Source: an uncultured Actinomycetota bacterium
GTDB taxonomy: Bacteria; Actinomycetota; UBA4738; HRBIN12
Direction of reading: 5' to 3'
Assembly: GCA_963784055.1 (NCBI GenBank)
Contig: CAWAPY010000011.1
Location: forward strand, 276,069-340,068
Length of the DNA: 64,000 nucleotides
A program made the translations under genes and the position numbers. This document shows, in pieces, positions 60,263-64,000 of this stretch (positions are counted from its first letter, which is position 1; every line of letters begins with the position of its first letter). The notes beneath the pieces are model-generated. The model was not told the DNA's origin. It ran no database searches and was given only the letters and a program-made list of their open reading frames with translations.

Positions 60263-60708
60263 CGTCCGGGTCCCCTCTCTTCCACCTTGGCTTCCACCTC
60301 GGCTTCGTCCTCCGCGATCAGCCGTTCGCGCACCTTCATGATGCAGACGCCCATGATCACGTCGAGTCCGCCTTCGGTCGCGATCCGGCCCGCCTCCTCG
60401 CTCACGATGCCTTCCTGGAGCCAGAGGAGGCGAGCGCCCACCGTCACGGCGTCGCGCGCCACCTCGGGTGTCTGGTCCGCCCGCCGGAACACGTCCACGA
60501 CGTCGATCTTCAGGTCGCTCGGCACGTCGAGGAGCGAGGCGTACGCCCGCTCGCCCAGCACCTCCGTTTCGTGCGGGTTGACCGGCACGATCCGATAGCC
60601 GCTCTCCTGCAGGTACGCGGCGACGCCGTACGAGGGACGCCATGGCTTCGAGGAGATCCCGACGACGGCGATGACGCGGGCCTCGTCGAGGAGGGACCGG
60701 AGTCGCAC
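60259..60708 (-). CDS. CoA-binding domain protein (YccU/YneT-like)
   Basis: Track ORF, 149 aa: ARVIAVVGISSKPWRPSYGVAAYLQESGYRIVPVNPH...VVDVFRRADQTPEVARDAVTVGARLLWLQEG. Confidence 0.85.
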   Translation of the reverse strand: MRLRSLLDEARVIAVVGISSKPWRPSYGVAAYLQESGYRIVPVNPHETEVLGERAYASLLDVPSDLKIDVVDVFRRADQTPEVARDAVTVGARLLWLQEGIVSEEAGRIATEGGLDVIMGVCIMKVRERLIAEDEAEVEAKVEERGPGR

Positions 60709-60720
60709 GGCGCCGCGCGG

Positions 60721-61307
60721 TCAGTTCAGCGTCCACGGAGCCTCCGCCCGGAGGATCTCGAGGAACGAATGAACCATCAGGCCGGTGGCTCCCCAGACGG
60801 TGTGACCTTCGAGTGGGTACGCCCATCCCTGCCACACGCCGCCGTCCGCGCGCGGGAGCTGCATCGGCTCCTCGTCGCGCCGCCAGTCGCGCCAGCGGCA
60901 CCTGCACGATCTCCTTGATCTCCGCCTCCGCGGCGAACAGGTCCGGCGGGAGTGGGCAGCAAGCCGACGAACGGGATCACCAGGATCGCGGAGACGTACG
61001 TGTGCACCGGGGGGAGCGCGCCGACCAGCTGTGGCAACGTGGGGTCGAGCCCGATCTCCTCGAACGCCTCGCGGCGAGCCGCGTCGGCAGGCGACTCTCC
61101 CTCGTCCACGAGCCCTCCCGGGAACGAGACCTCGCCCGGGTGTCGCGACATCGCGTCGGAGCGGACGGTGAAGATCAGCGACGGCTGGGGCGTCTCGACG
61201 AGCGGCGCCAGGACGGCCGCGAGGCGGTCGCCCTGCGCGGGCGCGTGCGTCGGCGCTGGCTCCAACGCGGATCGCAGCACTTCCTGGAGTGAGGGCGCGT
61301 GTAGCAT
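60721..61307 (-). pseudogene. NUDIX hydrolase, CoA pyrophosphatase type, at least two frame breaks
   Basis: ORF 60777..61412 from Met 36: ...LIFTVRSDAMSRHPGEVSFPGGLVDEGESPADAARREAFEEIGLD. This has the NUDIX box plus the upstream LLTxRSxxxRxxxGxxxFPGG-type CoA motif. The C-terminus is ORF 60721..61317 (...WGATGLMVHSFLEILR). Frame changes lie around 60900-60960. Confidence 0.78.
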
Positions 61308-61315
61308 CCGCAGCC

Positions 61316-62531
61316 ATGGTAGGCGAGGACGTCGCGGGAGCCTGCGTCCGCCGTGCGGCTGCCGCCGCGCGGCGGCGCGCCGTCGATCCCGATGAGGTTC
61401 TCCGCTACGCACGGGCGCTGATCGCCGCTCCGTCCGAGAACCCGGGCGGGACCGAGGACGAGGTCGCCGAGGTCGCGACGGGGATCCTCGCCGACCTCGG
61501 GGCGGAGATCCGGATCGTGCGATCGGAGGAAGGCCGGCCGAGCGTCGTCGCGCGGATCGGCTCGGGCGCGCGACCCCGGCTCGCCTGGAACGGGCACCTC
61601 GACACCGTGCCCACGGGCGACCCCTCGAGCTGGTCGAGCGGTCCGTTCGACGGCGAGGTCGTCGACGGGAGGCTCGTGGGGCGCGGGGCCTGCGACATGA
61701 AGGGACCGATCGCGTCGGCGATCGGCGCGGTCGCGGCGATCCGCCGCGCCGGCATCTCGCTCGCGGGGACGCTCGAGCTGCACCTGGTCGCCGACGAGGA
61801 GCATGCCGGGGTCCACGGCACCCGGGTCCTCCGTGATCAGGGTCTGCTCGACCAGGACGCCGCGATCGTCGGGGAGCCGACCGAGATGGAGATCGCGCTG
61901 GCCGAGCGCGGGGGCGCCTGGGTCACGGCGGTGGCGCACGGGAAGGCCGCCCACGGCTCCCAGCCGCAGCGCGGCGTGAACGCGATCCTCGCGATGTCGC
62001 GGTTCCTGCTTCGCCTCGCCGGGGTGCTGCCCGAGTCGCATCCATCCGCTCGTCGGTTCCCCGACGGTGAACGTCGCGATGATCGCCGGCGGAAGCGCCC
62101 CCAACGTCGTCCCCGATCGCTGCGAGGTGGAGATCGACCGTCGGATCGTGCCCGGTGAGGACGACCCCGAGGCCGTCCTCGCCCCGTTCCACCGGCTGGT
62201 GGACGACCTCGTCGCCGAGCAACGCGACACGACATCGAGTTCACGCTGCGGGAGTGGACCGAGGCGGCCGAGACCACGGGGACTCGGCGATCGCGGCGAT
62301 CGTCCGTGACGCGATCGCCGCCGAGACCGGCACACCGCCGCCGTTCGTCGGCTTCACCGGGATCACCGATGCCCGCTTCTACATCAACGACGCGAAGATC
62401 CCGACCGTGATCGCGGGACCGGGATCCCTTTCCGTCGCCCACACGGCGAACGAGTCGATCCGGGTCGACGAGATGGTGACGGGGCCCGCGCGTACGCGCG
62501 GACATTCGTCGGGTACCTCGGGACCGGCTAG
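61316..62531 (+). pseudogene. M20 family metallopeptidase (ArgE/DapE-like deacylase), four frame breaks
   Basis: ORF 61289..62158 gives LIAAPSENPGG, AWNGHLDTVP, GRGACDMKG, ADEEHAG, ALAERGGAW...AHGKAAHGS. The reading then continues as PTVNVAMIAGGSAPNVVPDRCEVEIDRR (ORF 62067), HDIEFTLREW (unlisted frame), FTGITDARFY...GPGSLSVAHTANESIRVDEM (ORF 62155), and a final ...ARAYARTFVGYLGTG with stop at 62529-62531. Confidence 0.85.
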
Positions 62532-62537
62532 CCCGCG

Positions 62538-63910
62538 ATGGATCCGTCGACGTCTTCGTGATCGGGGGTGGCGGCACCGGGTCCGAGGTCGCCTTCTCGC
62601 TCGCGCGTTCGTCCGGACTGACCGTCGCGCTCGCGGAGCGGGACAAGCTCGGCGGCGAGTGCAACCACTACGGCTGCGTTCCCACGAAGGTGATGCTCCG
62701 GTCGGCGAGGATCGCGAAGCTCGCTCGCGACGGAGAGCGTTTCGGTCTCCGGATCCCCGAGGTGTCGGTCGACTTCCCCGCGGTGCGGCAACGGGTCCGC
62801 GAGGTGATCGAAGCGTAGTCCGGGGGGGGCGCCGCGCCGTTCGAGCGGCTGGGCGTTCGCGTGTTCCTCCAGGAGGCACGGCTGGTCGGGAGAGCATCGC
62901 GTGGAGCTGGCGGACGGGTCCGTGATCGAGGCGGGCAAGGTGGTGCTCGCCACGGGCACCGAGGCGGCCGTCCCCTCGATCCCCGGGATCGAGGACGGGC
63001 CGTTCTGGACGAACCGCGAGGCGATCTGGGAGCCGGCCGCGCCGCCGAGGTCGCTCGCCGTGATCGGTACGGGCGCCGTGGGGATCGAGTTCGCGCAGAT
63101 CTACGCGCGGTTCGGCTCGCGCGTCACGGCGCTGGAGGCCCTCCCCCACATCCTGCCGCAGGAGGACGAGGAGGCGCGCGTCATCCTGTCCCGCGCTCGA
63201 GGCCGACGGCATCTCGATCCGACCCGGGCGTGCACGATCGAGCGCGAGGCCCACGATGGCAAGGAGTGGACGCTCGCGATCGAAGGGCGGCGACCCGGTG
63301 GTCGCCGACGAGCTGCTCGTGGCGACGGGCCGCCGTCCGGTGTTCGAGCCGCACGATCTCGCGGCCGCCGGCATCGAGCTCGACGACGAGGGGAACCCCG
63401 TCCTGACCGAGACGCTCCGTACCGGCAACCCGGACGTCTGGGTGGCCGGGGACGCGACCGGCGACCTCCTCTTCACCCACGTCGGCTCCTACGAAGCGGA
63501 GCTCGTCGTGAAGGACATCCTCGGGGGCCCCGAGGCCCGCGACTATCGGGTCGTCCCACGGGTGACGTTCTGTGATCCGGAGGTCGCGAGCGTCGGCCTC
63601 ACGGAGCACGCAGGCTCGCGAGGACGGCCGTGACGTCATCACCTCGGTCATGCGGGTTCGAGGACAACGAGCGCTCGCACATCGACGGGGCCACGTACGG
63701 GCTCGTGAAGCTCGTCGCGGACCGAGGGACCGGCGAGCTGCTCGGGGGCCACATCGTCGGCGAGGAGGCGGGCGCGTTGATCCACCAGGTCGTCTCATGA
63801 TGGCCGCCCGGACGACCGCTCCGGCCGTCGCAGACACGATCCACGCCTATCCCACGTTGTCCGAGTCCGTAAAGGGCGCCCTGCTCGGCATCGACGAGCA
63901 GGTCGGGTAG
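62538..63910 (+). pseudogene. class I FAD-dependent pyridine nucleotide-disulfide oxidoreductase (Lpd/mycothione-reductase-like), multiple frame breaks and one in-frame TAG
   Basis: ATG 62538, with one base missing near 62543, then VDVFVIGGGGTGSEVA...GGECNHYGCVPTK (redox CxxxxC; ORF 62558..62818). An in-frame TAG sits at 62816, followed by a G8 run. Later segments: VIGTGAVGIEFAQIYARFGSRVT (ORF 62901), LLVATGRRP...WVAGDATG (ORF 63256), and HAYPTLSE (ORF 63572..63910). Confidence 0.82.
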
Positions 63911-63921
63911 CCTGGGAGGTG

Positions 63922-64000
63922 ATGGACGCGCCCGTCACCGAGGTCATCTCGGTCACCGACAAGGCCGCGCGGAGGATCGCCGCGCTCGCCCTCAAGGAGG
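63922..64000 (+). CDS. HesB/IscA/ErpA-type iron-sulfur cluster insertion protein, 5' fragment (continues beyond window)
   Basis: GGGAGG lies upstream of ATG 63922. MDAPVTEVISVTDKAARRIAALALKE matches the typical N-terminal I.LT..AA..I pattern. Only 26 codons are visible. Confidence 0.5.
   Translation, partial: MDAPVTEVISVTDKAARRIAALALKE

Overview
Very GC-rich, gene-dense chromosomal segment with about 65 protein-coding genes on both strands and many 1-4 nt start/stop overlaps. The gene content looks Actinomycetota-like (inference): a Ku/LigD NHEJ pair, PII-GlnD, two LmbE/PIG-L deacetylases, a tandem-GNAT MshD-like protein, DUF5319, an F420-type LLM oxidoreductase, Lgt and three ECF sigma factors. 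Most of the content is housekeeping or metabolic. It includes histidine utilisation (hutU-metF-hutH plus hutI), transsulfuration (cystathionine beta-synthase, a DUF429 gene, a cystathionine gamma-lyase/synthase-type enzyme), gpsA-glpX, type II NADH dehydrogenase, leucyl aminopeptidase and Mrp/ApbC. It also holds a large secreted M4 metalloprotease, an NfeD-SPFH pair between two ECF sigma/anti-sigma pairs, REC-EAL and REC-GGDEF c-di-GMP enzymes, and an orphan PilT. I saw no rRNA, tRNA, CRISPR array, transposase, integrase or phage genes. The most striking property is that many well conserved genes are interrupted by single-base indels, and these breaks are strongly clustered. They concentrate at about 1-10 kb and 57-64 kb (ligD alone has roughly 22), while 22.7-39.3 kb has none. 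I annotate such genes over their full conceptual span as pseudogene (frameshifted as sequenced), and I consider consensus/assembly error at least as likely as real decay. I found no convincingly novel multi-gene system. The best follow-up candidates are a small CxxC/Lsr2-N-like protein with two AT-hooks, the sigma-NfeD-SPFH-sigma-cupredoxin unit, metF inside the hut operon, and a DUF429 nuclease-fold gene inside the transsulfuration operon.
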